Positions 38,141 to 52,200 of a stretch of 64,000 bases of DNA are shown piece after piece. How positions within the stretch are numbered: the stretch's first letter is position 1; each line of letters begins with the position of its first letter. Position numbers and translations under genes: made by a program. The stretch lies in assembly GCF_002113885.1 (NCBI RefSeq), contig NW_018405094.1, positions 259,475 through 323,474 on the forward strand, given 5' to 3'. This stretch comes from Mizuhopecten yessoensis. Its lineage: Eukaryota. A model generated the notes under the pieces. That model was not told the origin of the DNA. It did not search any database and saw only the letters and a list, made by a program, of their open reading frames with translations.

Positions 38141-39126
38141 TCATTAATACTTTAATTTCTACTCAAGTTGGACTCACTGTAACTACCTAATGTTGCCCGT
38201 TTCATTTGCCGATAAAATTGACCAGATTAACATTGCCTGTGCGTATGAATACATATTCAATCATTTTGCGAAAGGATATACCTATTGACATATTTAAACA
38301 CAAGACCAACTCAATTCATCACCCATCTTTTCAATCTTTATATTCCTTGTCAAAGTAATGACGGCTAGCGTTAAATGCGCAGAATAGATTAGATGTGCAC
38401 CTTTAATTTGTTGTATGATTTAAACACATTTGAATGAAATAATAGAAATATTACGGAAAGTTGGAGTTTTCGTTCCTGTCATTATATTAACAATCAAAGT
38501 GCAACTTTGATAATATTTTGATAATTTCTGAAATGTCTTACTTGTGCAAGTTCAATAACATGGAATGTCCCGAAATTGTGATATCGCCACTCTCTGTGAC
38601 ATGTCATACTGGTAAGATAAATATCTGTTTTATATAATTAGAAATTTAATTAATATAACATAAAAAAAAAATGTATGTTTATTTCAATCAGATACTTCAA
38701 ATTAACAATAAGAAAACAATTTGTAAAATGGTCTATATCCTGCACTGTTTTGCTGAAGTATTCTTATGCCAATTGGAAAGTTTCGGAAAAAAGGAAAGCT
38801 GTGTATGTATTACTTCACCTTTCTTTTAAAGATATTTTTTCTGTTATCCTTTTATATACCATATACGTATAATTTAAAAATAAGCTGTACATCTGAATAC
38901 GTTATACATAATTTACATATACCAATGGTGTGCAAAAAGATATAAAAGAAAATTAGGAAATGTTATACGTCGAATCTGCTAAACATAAGAGGGGTGATGT
39001 AGTGTTGTGTCATGCCGTACAATAACAAGATTATTTTAGACTGGATTGCCTTCAAACAACAATGTGATTAACACAAATAAATGCAACAACTGTTAATCAA
39101 TTTTTTTTAACAATATTAATTTAACT

Positions 39127-42100
39127 TTAGAGTTTCGACGAAGTTGTTCCAGATATAAGCTCTTTAACCATTTCTGTCGCTTCAACAGCGGTTCCCCAGC
39201 TAAGAGATACTCCATCGGGTCCATGGCCATAGTTATGTACAACCTGTAACGAACAGATACATTACAAACTATGACAGATTCCCATGATTTTTGTTTGTTT
39301 TATCTTTCCTGACAGCTTTTGTCGTGTAACCACGGGGATTCAATCACTTACAAAAATACATGTAAACACGAATAACTAGATATTTACCTTCAACCTTCCG
39401 TCTGGCAGCCGTACAATCTCCTTCTCCAGTCTGATAGAAGCTCGCATGGGCCTTATACCTACCCAGTCTCCTATCACCCTCGCTCCCTGTACCGGACAGA
39501 ACAACAAGGTAATACATAGCCAATAGGTGTGAAGATGTTAACGTTATACGTTTAAACATTGTTGTAAAAATATAGACTATAAAAAACATTAACAAAATTG
39601 CATATGCACCATTAGACCTATTCACGAGGGTTGACATATTTTGTAAAGAGCATATTTGCAGTAGGAATTAAAGCAGATATATTTGTATAAATTGCTCAAA
39701 TACACATTCACAAACTAGTTGAATTCGCAACCGGTTATGTCCCTGTATTTATTGTAAAATACTATATATCACGATACATTAGTGGCGATATTTTGGCGAC
39801 GCTGAAGGCATTAGGATATAAAAAGAATACCAGCTCAACAGTATTAGACGTAAAGCGTGCGTCCCTCGTAGATTCATAGTAACGTCTGTTGTATTGAAGA
39901 TATTAAATGTACCTTCTGTACCACTCGCAGTAGTTGAGCTCTATATTTTTAATTTTTTGTTTTTCTTTAACTTCTTACAATTCAATATCTTTCTTGGTAC
40001 ATGCAAATCTACCAGATACCTATTGTTTCACCTTGTGACCCTGTATGACCTTTGTTTATTGTTGGACAGTAACATTCCCAGCATTATAAATAATATATAC
40101 ATTACTACTAACAATCATCATCGTAGCATACATCGAAGTTAATTATAAATTCAATATACGTTTGCTCAACATGAGAAATTACTTTTATTGGAATAGATAA
40201 CATCCAAGTTCAATTTCCTCTCTAATTAGTTTTTACCTTTAACGCCGGCCATAGCTCGAGACAACTGTCCAAAATTCCTTTTTCAATAGATGGATCCGGC
40301 GTCAAGGAAACGTTATTCTCATCCCTCGTTCCCCCGAGCAGAGTAAAATCATCGCTGGAAAGTAGCAATTTTAGGACACCATATACTCACGTATAATCCG
40401 TCCATCAGATATAATGAATAAAGCTTGTATTTTACGTTATGTGTTATATCAGCTTTTTTCGATTCTTTGCTGAAAATCGTTTGCTCTATCAGTGTGTTTA
40501 TTCATTTGTTGATATTTGATTCATAGATAAATGGATTTATTGTGAGTATACGCAACTGTAAAAGGTATGCATTTGGATGATGATGATTCGTGAACTTTTA
40601 TAAATGTTTACATGATCTACCTCGGAAGTATATGTGTCATGGCGTCGGTACAGACCCAGTCCTTTACCCAGGGAGCCTCCACCTGTGATACAATTTATAT
40701 AATAAATAATCATCCAAACGAAACGGTAATGTGTTTTACTAGAAGCTCATCTATCTATCTTGCAATATATTCAGGATATGAATAACGATATAAATCTTCC
40801 ATCTAACAATGGTAAGAAGTTGATAACGTCATTTTTTTAACTAACAAATATCCTTCATTTTCCCTCGAAATCGTATTTACGTTACGCTGTTATGTGATTA
40901 AGCATTAGACAAACGATATCTGTAAAACACGAACTTAATCAGGAAAACAATGTCACATTATTACCAAAAGCAACCAGAATATCTGATATATCATATAAAA
41001 TATTTCCATGTTATAAAGAAACATGAAAATGTCCATCTAACAGATCAAGTAAGAACTATTACGTCAGCTAGGCATTGTAACCATGGTTTGCGAAAACACA
41101 ATTTCGGATGTAAACCAAAATCAATTTTGACACGATACCACCAAAATGAAATCGGATTACGTTGAAATTCACATCTATGTTTACGTCTCACCCTGACGAC
41201 CTGTCCACGTAGCGGATATAAAAGCTTGTCTCCACAAAGCTGCTGACTGCCCAGACCGGAACAGTTGACCACTACGTCACACTGACCGTACATCTGTAAT
41301 AAAACACGTGGTGTTATTAGAACAGATGTTTACGTGTGTCTCTTATATTTCAGTGTGTCTTAGCAGCTTTATCAGGATTTATGAAATAAATTACCTTAGC
41401 TGTTATAACTAATATTGGGAAATATTCATTTGTGTTATTTCTGTAAATTTATAATAGAACCATGACTTTCTTAATAATATACACAAAGGAAAAGTTTCCT
41501 CAATCCATTTACACAGATCAATTGTATTTAAGGGAAATTAGGGGTGAATTCCATCTCTAAACTGCCATTCATGCTAATAAAGTTATTATCTTTTTGCGTA
41601 CCTCACTTAAACTTCTTATGTTTCTTTTCTCTACTTTGCCACCGTGTTCTGTGAATCTGGAAAAAAAGATATGTATATAAGTAAATAAACTGATGACTAC
41701 TTATAGCGGTGTATAAAATGTCGGAAATAACATAACTTATTTCAAATATTGTATACCCACATACACTTAACAGGATGTCAGATTCGTGCAATGTTGCTGC
41801 ATCCCATATCGAGATCCAGATACATAGATTAAATAATTGTGTCCAAATTAACTTTGCAAAAATATACTATTTATAAAAGGATAACGAACTAGCGGGGTTT
41901 ATAATCAGGTAGTTTTGTTCAGGCAACAAATCCAAATAGCAAAAATATGCCTTTACAAACTGGATGCGCTAAAATGTAGCAATTTATTTCTGTGTCATCG
42001 TCTCTTAATAAGAAATCTGTAAAAAAAAATGAATACTATTTCAAAAAAAAATATATTCATCTACACACTTAACATGAGTGGTCTTTAAATCGTGACGTCA

Positions 42101-44903
42101 GCTAGGTACCGTTAATTAACTTTTACCGTTCATAGTGCATGGAGTTTGCAAAATTTCAGCTTCAATTTCTGCGTGCCTTATTATTTGACTCAATGCAGAA
42201 CCTATTCACTCTGTTATTTTCTTTTACTGTTCATACATGTATCGCACAAACTTATTACGCGTGTCTATTTATTGGTATACTGTTTGTTTTACGAAAGTAT
42301 TAGAAACCGTTTATATAACTTACTGTTTCATCAACCAGAACAGATATTTCCTCATATTTGTAATTATAGTTGTTATCTCATATCCAAATCTGCAACAATA
42401 AATGATAATAGAAAACAACCGGTGCAAAATTCCTTACTAAAAGTCAGCTTATCCAATGTAAAACAGTTTTAGTAGGTTAATAATCTACGAATCGACTCAC
42501 TTTATGTATACGCCAAACTATTCAGACAAAACATACGAATAACGATATGAGAAAATGTAAAAATTACTTCCACTGAGGATAGAACAAAGAAGGGAAAAAA
42601 TATGCATAATAATCTACTCCAAAAAGAAAAGCAATTGATAACTTTAAATAAACACGTAAGAAAACATTCGGGATACTTGAAGATGATCTTTATTTACACT
42701 GATCTAAATTACTTTGCATCTGTTGTTCAAATGACGCTGAAATAATTATTATACATACATATTCCGTTGTTTGTTTACCTAAATCTGTTGTTTACTCCTA
42801 GTTGGTTTAGTTCCTCTGGCAACATTTCCCGGTATGAGTACACAATGCCGGCATACAAAGGTGTCTGTAACAACATGCATCAGAAATATAAAAGTACAAT
42901 TGTAGTTTCAATTTACTTTGTAATATCAGCATTCATTTGAAGGAATTTTGGAAAGCCTCGTAATTTCAGCGACCGAACATTCAATTTGAGCTGCACTGAA
43001 TATCAACATGTCTTTTTTCAGGTGAACATTAATTTATACCTTTGTCTTAGTTTTATTGAACAGGTATCCATGCGATATTATGTGTCCAGTGGTACCCGCT
43101 AGGTCGGAGGTTGCCATTTGGGAGTAGGCATTCCAAGACGTCTCACACCATCGCCTGGATCGATACATCGTTAATGAATAGTTTATATCCTTCTTTCTTT
43201 GATTGATACAAATAAACAGTCATCATGACGTATAACTCTTGCTTATTCTAGTATAGATGCGATAATATTAATAAAGACAAAGTTATGCAGACATTTTAGT
43301 GCTGTGAAAGACTTGTATGTTGATATCTCAATTTTTGGCTTAAAACCGATATTCATGTTTCGCCCTCTATAGCGCCAGAAAGAGATTGATCTTCCATGGC
43401 TGGGAGAGGACTATTATTTAATAACAATAAAATCAGGATCACCTAGGAGAAGACTTACATTGGATAGTAAGATAAATGGATCGCTACTCTATGGTTGGAG
43501 TAGGACTTTTAGGTAATAGCAATAGAAAGGTCTCGTCTTTCCCTGGCAGAGAGCGCTCTGGTATTTTATAACGCTTAAGGATCTAGGTGAGGACTAGATT
43601 TACTAAGAATGAAAAAGATCGTTCATACGTTACTTGGACAGGATTGATTTATAAAAATACAAGGTAGTATTTGCAAAGGTGCATGGGATGCAGACGTGAA
43701 ACATTTGTATACGTTGTGTGTTGGGAAATTCTATATCTGTGACACATGGGAATATGTAACTGCCTGATTCAGAGATATTTAGATACTTGGAAATGCCAAG
43801 TACAACTATTTTTTTATGTTACCATATTTACATTGTATGTTGCTGAATCTATTTTTTAAGGAAAAACTGCTCACGGCAAAGCATTGTCATATACTTAACA
43901 TTGCAACTAACCCTAGCATGTGACTTATAACATATATGAATAGTTGACATGAGAGCTAGTTCGTTCAAGTCATGAGCCAAGAACTTAATTACAAGGGACA
44001 ATCATGCCAAGTATATTCGTCTCTCCATGCCCTACAATTATATGATTATAAGAATATTGACCTCAATCGCTGGTCTTACTCAGCTTGGAAAATTATGATA
44101 CCTTCTATAGGATATATGGTTATGGAATCGGTATCTCAACAATATTTATAGTATGACCCAGGGACGAAGTTATAGTTATAGAGTGGGTTCCCCAACTGTT
44201 TCCATGTCGTGACAGAGAGTTAGTGCTTTGACTTCATAGGTTTAGCGATAACATCGGAGAATATAATGATATCATGTTAATATCTACACCCACTAAGAAC
44301 ATAGTTGGTTTTACGATTTTCATCTGAACCGTTTCAAAGTCATTCTAGTGAACACACTTATTAGACCTTCATACCAACAGACTACTGTCAACATTTCAAA
44401 AAGAGTCTACTTGATTACTCCAAAGAGTTTATGTCTTTGCAGAATTTGAAAAATCGTCCCCGGTGACCCAGAAGGTGGTTACTTAATTGCTCATGTTAAC
44501 CAATCTTTTGCCATAGTATGCTACGTTCCAAGTATAATGACCGTGTCTCTCTTTGATATTCAGAGGACTTTGCCTAAATGGGTTTTATATAATTATTTAA
44601 CCCATCTGACAATAAAAATTGGTCGAAATCAGGCTAGTCACTAGACGCCCATTTTTAAAAATTAGTACATGCACAAATACCTGGTATAAACATTTGTAAT
44701 AATGATTACTTTAGTGTGTCAGTAGGTATTTCGGGAATTGTTGTTGCTGAAGGAAGAAATAGTCCTCCAGCTCCAATGCTTGTCGTTTCGTCATATAACC
44801 TGTCAGCCACGACCTTGACCTTTACCCCTGGTAGGACTCGCTGGATATTGACCGCTGTAGAGAGACCCACCACTCCGGCACCAATCACAATGATGTTTAC
44901 CAT
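39127..44903 (-). CDS. D-amino-acid / D-aspartate oxidase family flavoprotein, paralogue B, 10 exons, 337 aa, PTS1 -SKL
   Basis: Exons 44903-44710, 43154-43040, 42864-42779, 42389-42324, 41656-41602, 41293-41192, 40682-40621, 40354-40237, 39486-39388, 39243-39127; GT-AG, in frame (1014 nt), same phases as paralogue A. Motifs [43 protein letters not shown]. Confidence 0.93.
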
Positions 44904-47900
44904 TATCCAAGTTAGTTTTTTCGTTGTTTTATCCAGTCAATAGGTCACACTTGCCTTCGTATGATATATAGCAATTATCATACAATGGTCAATCCAAACC
45001 TATATTTGATCAAATATACGACATACTTAAAAATTATGTAACACATACTGCGTTCAAGATACATATTTCATATATGAACAGGTAAATATTAAAATGACAG
45101 AACGGGATTTCGAACGTGTTCATTCATAAAAATTTAATAAAACAATAACGCTTTAAAAATCACTTCTTATAGAAAACCCGATTCTATGTGAAAAATGCCA
45201 ATCTGTCATAATGACTTGATTTAAGATGACAGTTCATCTGTAAGATTCCCAAGTGTGTGAGCAAGATATATGATACCACCTGACTTCGAATATACACAGA
45301 TTGTAAAACATTGCTACTGTTGACATGCCGGTACACAGAATACGACAGCGATTATTTCCGGTGTTGTCCGGAATGTAGAAACAGTTTTTGTCAGTTCCTT
45401 GGAATATTGTGACATAATAAGGACATACATATCTCAGTAAGACTTTTGAAAACTAAACCTTAAGCAATCAATTTAAACCTTTCTATATACACAGATGTTA
45501 AAGCAAACGTTGGTCAAGATATTTTAACAACAATATACTTCAAATGTATATGAAAACAAAATGTCAACAGGCAGAAAAATAGAAAGAAGAGTTCAATTTG
45601 GATAATAAATTATGGAAAACTAACTTTCCATGTCAACTCAGAACACAAGATTTCAGCAGTTACAACAAACTGTTATGTAACCTGGTTTAGTAGGAACATT
45701 GCACTGTTTTTCATGTTTCATACAAAAACAAAAAAACGAAACGGAGCAAAAGGCACACTTTCTTGGAATGTAAAAAAGGACAAATGTTATTTCGACTCAT
45801 TCAGTTAAAGATGTACCTATAAGATGACTTATTCTTTTTAGCTATAATAAAAAAAAAACCTGATATCTGATGAACAAAATGGAGACTGTTCTTTTTAAAG
45901 ATTACGAAAATGTCCCTATTATAAAACATTATATGTAGTAATTTAGATAATAATTTATCACACACAATTAAGAACACTATAATGTCCAGAGATACAAAGC
46001 AAATTGAAAAGACGATGATCTTAAATCTAGATTCCAACAACGAAGGAGAAAATGGCTTTAATTAATTGATACCTCGTTATAAATCCTGAAAATCATTGAT
46101 TTTTTACACTTAACATTTTCATTTGATATGAATGCATGAATGCTTAAATCACTTAAATCCTAGCTGACAATGGCCTTTCTATACTTTTCTGTCTCTTCTC
46201 CTTTCCTCTTACTTTTTTTATCTGTTATCTTACAAAGTGTTCTTGTTCCTGTATATCAGTGTCATAATGTTTTTATTAACATACAATGTAAGTAAGCATT
46301 GGTACATGAATTTAAATGTAGATGAACGTATGTTGGTATGTTAAAATGTTTCTATGTATATTTAAATCTGCGTTGTGCAATGTGTTATTAATAATTAAAT
46401 AATTAAAAAAAACGAATGTTGCGTAACAATGTCGTCAATTTATTCACGCTGCTCGTCAGTCTACCTGTAATGGACTATCGTGTGCAGTGACGCATTCCTT
46501 ATAATGTCTTTATCTGTAATCGTCCCAGGTAATACTGGGCTATCCGACACGTATGATAATGGGGAATGACGGATAATTAGTCTTACCTGGTCAAACATCA
46601 AACACATGTGTAACACAAGCAAGCGGAGTTAAATATATTGTTTCTACTCTGACACATGTAATCGGGCCTTAACAAAATACATATAACCGGGTAGTGTGGA
46701 AGACACTGGCAATATCAAATATACATCTGTATTTAACACGCCTAATACCAGATATGTAAACTGATTGGATACATTCTATATAGATCCTACCACATCAGTG
46801 AATATAAAACCATACCAGTATATGTGAAAATATCTATCAAAACATGACAGACAACTGCACATGGAAACAAAATCAACTCAACAGTAAAAAGAATTAAACC
46901 ATGTATGCATTTATATTAAAACTGAAGAATGAAAATAATTATTGAGTGAACGAACTTGAAAATTACTGAGTGGTGTCGATCTATTTCCATCTTCGGGTCG
47001 TGCTATTTGAACCTTTATATCAACAGCAGCTTTATATCCTGGGGTAAGGGAAAGTCTAGAGCAGGCAGACAGAGATACGACATGGAGATAGAGGTAAATA
47101 TCATATACGTTAACACACTTCTTGCTATAACATTTTACTAAACTGCACTGACAATCAGTAACTCTAATGTATTTTTCGGTTATGACTAAATTCCGTCAAC
47201 TTACTATATCCTCAACCGACTCGTGCCGGATCTAGGAACACAAGTCTAGCTCTCTCGTCGTTGTATATTTGTCGATGTTTCTTTTGCCGTATGTAATGGA
47301 GGTTCTTCCTTTTCCAAAACACCTTGGCCGAGTTTGCACATATTGTACAGGGTGCTATTGTTGGCATGTCCGTACATAGCATACGACGGCGATTACTTCC
47401 TGTGTGTTCCGGACAGTTGAGGGGCACGATAAGGATAATTATAGTAAGGATTAAATACAGTAAATGGAGGAAAATAACATATCTAACGGGACTGCAGTAC
47501 ATACAAAAGGATTTTATTTATATATAGAATTAAATAAATTCAAAATATCAATTAATCATTTCAAAAGTGGATAAAAATATAACAAAATATCATTTGTAGT
47601 ACGTAATAACGGGTGGATCTCAAATCCTTTAAAAATATCACGTGGAATAAAACACAGATGCCCTGCATCGGCACTATTATTTATCATGGCAGCAGAAGTT
47701 CTGACATTAATAATAAGAAGTAACCAAATCATGCATGGAATAAAGTTACATCATAACTAAAACAAATCTTACAAAATATCACAATTACTTGTAGCAGACA
47801 AAACTGCCGTATTATCTCATTTCTTCGAGTATACGAAAGAAATGTTCGACGAAGTAAGAAAGGGGTGTTTTTCTTTTTACTTCTGGTGATTGAAATAAAA

Positions 47901-49290
47901 GAAAAATTCCTCATGCCCAGGGTTTTTACTTCAAATGAAAACTCATTGGATGGAATTTCCCTTGAAAGGGAAAACAGATATGGTAATAAGATAATCAATG
48001 ACATATAATTTATCGGATCTCTATTTTATATCGACCCAAAACAGCATACGGGATTTTGAAAAGATAATTCTCAGGAAGGAGAGAGAGAGAAAGCCATAAG
48101 AAATGGAATGCTCCATCGGATCAGAATGCACTCACTGCCTGTGGATGATTATATTAGTTCTTAGTGATGTCATTTAGTCAATGCTTCTGTCACATTCCAG
48201 CGTTTTATGTCCTTGGTGTTAGCGGCATTGATAGAAAGACAGTCTGGTGTGTTTGGACGATAGGACTGCCTATTTCACAAGTTTGCCTCTCATCTCCATG
48301 TGCTGCAACAAATCGTCTTGAGTCAGGTTTGAAGTTAAAGCTATCAAGGCGTCAGTTGTTACGAGAGAGTGTGGTGTTCATTGGACACCATGCACGTTTC
48401 CATGGTCTTGCATCCTATTACAGACGATTTATCCCTAAGCAGGCCCTGCTGTTGAAGGCTGCACCTCATTGTGCCATATGATGTGTGTTGTGTCAAATGT
48501 AAGGTATAGGGAACGGGCTACTACTTACAGAGGTAAAACCTTGACAAAAACGGTGAGGAATCGGAGTAATTTTTAGTTTGGCTGATTCGTATCTTTTAAA
48601 TAATACATGATGCCGAAAACTTATTCCAGAGTATTTCACTAGTATGATACGTTACTAAAAATAGATCTTGAGAAAGCAATTCAATTTCAAAATTTTATTG
48701 ATACATGACATTCATAATCTAAAATGTAAGTGAACTTGCAGACTCCCAGTTCTTTGAATAATACTATTCCATACAGCCATTTCTAATGCAAATTGTTCAT
48801 CATTAATTTAGGTAATATCCCCCTTCCTTATGATAAAGATAAAGCCATACCGACCAGGTAGTAATGGAAATGAAATGATATATGAAACAAAGGTTGTAAT
48901 ATGTGGCCAATATATATTTTTGACACCTCAGTATTTTTTTGTATTTGTCTTCAATTAATTTTTATATGAATACGATTTTTACATATATGCTTTTATTCGT
49001 TATATAATAAAAAAAATTAACAAACGTACAAAAGTAATTAAGAAATATTGTACATACATTATACTTTGCATGAGTAAATCGAAGCCAGGAAAATGTAAAA
49101 TAAACATTGTCGTCAAAATCCAAAAAATCAGCTAACATTTTTTGCATTACATAACCAATGAATGGTGATGTGTTTCATACTGTATACTATTTTTCTGTCG
49201 CTTTAGCAGGATCGCCTTTCTTATATAATGGTATCCGTACAAATTGAAGCCACAACTTGTTATTCCATTTTTAACAATGCTAAGACAACT

Positions 49291-52200
49291 TTAGAGTTTC
49301 GACGACGTTATCCCAGATATTAGCTCTTTAACCATTTCTGTCGCGTCAACAGCGGTTCCCCAGCCTAGAGCCACACCATTGGACCCATGGCCATAGTTAT
49401 GCACAACCTGTAACATTATATATACATTACAAAATATAACAAGGTATCAACTATCAACCTTTGAACTTCTAAATACAAACATTTAACATTTCTGTTTAAC
49501 CTTTTTGAACATTGTTGACATGAAGATTCAACCACTTACAATAAAATCAATATAAAATACATAAACTTATTTACCCTCAACATTCCGTTTGGTAGTCGTA
49601 TAGTTTCCTTTTCTAGTCTGATAGGGTTTCTCATTGGCCTCAGACCTACCCAATCTCCTATTATCCGCGCTCCCTATGCAGGTCAGGACAACAAAGTAAT
49701 GCAAAGATAATAAGTGTGTTCATCAACAAATATGGTAGGCTATGTCACAATAATAAAACAAGAAATATAAATAAGACGGCATTTACGCAAACGGTCACGA
49801 GGGAGGACACGATTCATCAAAAAGAAAATTGTGCAATTGTTGTTCAGTTGTTATTAAAGCATATACAATGTATGTTATTGGTTAAATTGCTTTCGACACT
49901 GTTTCTTATATGAAGGTGAAAAATGATATGTGTCATTAAATACAAGCCATTATTTTGCCGCTGACGAGATTTCCTGCACAGGATGAAAAAAAAATACCTG
50001 CTAAACAGCATGAGGCGACTTACTTGCACTCTTGTAGAGGAGCGGATTAGTTGTGGTCTAAACAATGGAGAAATATTAAAGGTACTTGCGTTACCAGCCG
50101 CAGGAGCCGAGCTCTTAATATTTCTGTTTCCTTTTCATATTCAGCTACTTATGTCTCACTTGGAACAAGTACATTTACCGGACCTATTGATCTACCTTGT
50201 AACCCTGTGTGACCTTCTTTGAATTCTTCTACCGCAAGTCTCTAGTAGTAGTAAGATTGCATGTGCATGATAGTACTACCAATTACTATCAGTCAGCAAA
50301 GTCGATTATAAATCTAAGATGGATTCGCTTAGAATAAAAAGAGACTTCTTTTGTCATAACTATGATGTGTACCTCCTTTGGGAAAGGTTGCCTACCTTTA
50401 TCGCAGGCCATACTTCGTGGCACCTGTCCAGAATTCCTTGTTTGATAGACTGATCTGGCATCATGGAAGAGTTTTCTCTATCTTTCACTCCCCCGAGCAA
50501 AGTATAATCATCGCTGGAAAGACATTATTTGTAGGACGTCATGAAGTCTTGTGCAATATACCCATCATAAGTTGGGTAAACAGGTTTTATCTTACCCGAT
50601 ATATTTATAGCAGTAATATACGTTTAATTGCTTAAAAAATATAGTTCAATATGTGCTAAATTGTTCGCTCAATCAATTAACAAATATATTGAATGTTTGG
50701 TTGTTATTGTGCGGGACTGTTTAAGGTATATATACGACCTGTAAGTATGACACCTACTCGGTATCATTGTTTTGAAAATTATCTATAATCAGACGAGACA
50801 TTTATCGGTGGTGGATATATCGTCAATATTGTTTAATTACAACCACACTGTCGCATTAAAGTTAACAATAAGGCGAAAATCGCAAAAAGTGTCACTGCAG
50901 CATATATAATTTTATCATGTAGTAACAAGAATATCAAGCTATCATGAGTAAATATATTAAGGTAAGATAATATGTAGTTTATGATACGCAAGCATGTACT
51001 TTGAGACACGCCCACGTTATTTACCTCGGAAGTATATGTGTCATTGTGTCAGTATAGATCCAGTCCTTCACCCAGGGAGCATCCACCTGTACAGTGTGGT
51101 ATCATTAATAAGGTCAACTATAATCAAAGTTAAACCGTGATGTATTCTACAAGTCTTATTTTTCATCTATCTATTTGGGAATAAATTAAGAATGTAAGCA
51201 ATAACGACAGATACAAATATACCTCCTTTATCTTTGAGTGCGAGTAATTAAATTCAAATTTATGTGTATATATACATCATATTTCCCTAGTGGTTGCAAT
51301 TGTATTTTCTTATTTTCTTCATGATATCATATCATCAGACATTAAAGTGCATTATATAAGTCAAAATACTAGATTAACGAAATTAAAAGCAATCGCATGC
51401 TGTTATAGAGTAGTAAAACATAATGTATGAGTTTAAAATTGACAGTATGAATATTTGTCAGATCTAAAGTATTTTCTCACTTAAAGTGAAATAATTTATC
51501 CTTTCAGAGTAGCAAGTTTCTTACGTACATGTACATGAATTGATCATGTGAATAAATCATACACGTTCATTGTAAAAAGTTGGCAATCACTTTCACGTCG
51601 ATACAATATACATATTACCTTGACGTATATATTTAGTTTAAACACCTTACCCTTATAACCTGTCCACGCACTGGATATATGAGTTTGTCTCCACAGAGCT
51701 GCTGACTGCCCAGTCCGGAACAGTTGACCACTACATCACAATGACCGTACAACTGTAATAAACCACGTAGTGTAATACAAACAGATGTTCACGTGGGTGT
51801 ATTTATGGATAGAGGATTTGCTTGCTTTTGTGCCCTCTACATGGGGACGCAAAAGCGATCAAAACTAATCTGCTGCACCAATAGATGGGATCTTTTTATT
51901 CCTCTCTACGTCTAATAATCTTTTATTTCCTAGCGCCTTGCTTGACAATACCTCACTTTTGGCTTTAATGTTAAGCTCTGTTTCCAGGTCGGGACATACC
52001 GAAGTCCTTAGAATTGGTAGTTATTATTACCTCACCTTAACGTTCAGCATTAAGGGGAATGGCAACAACTGGTTCGCCCGTTGTCAGTATACTGTGACCG
52101 GGCGGAATGCTGTGCTGAGTTCCTTCGGCATGGCATTTCAGTGAGATAGCACTATAAAGCATGCTTACACTACACATATGAAGGCACGTCCTTAAAAGAC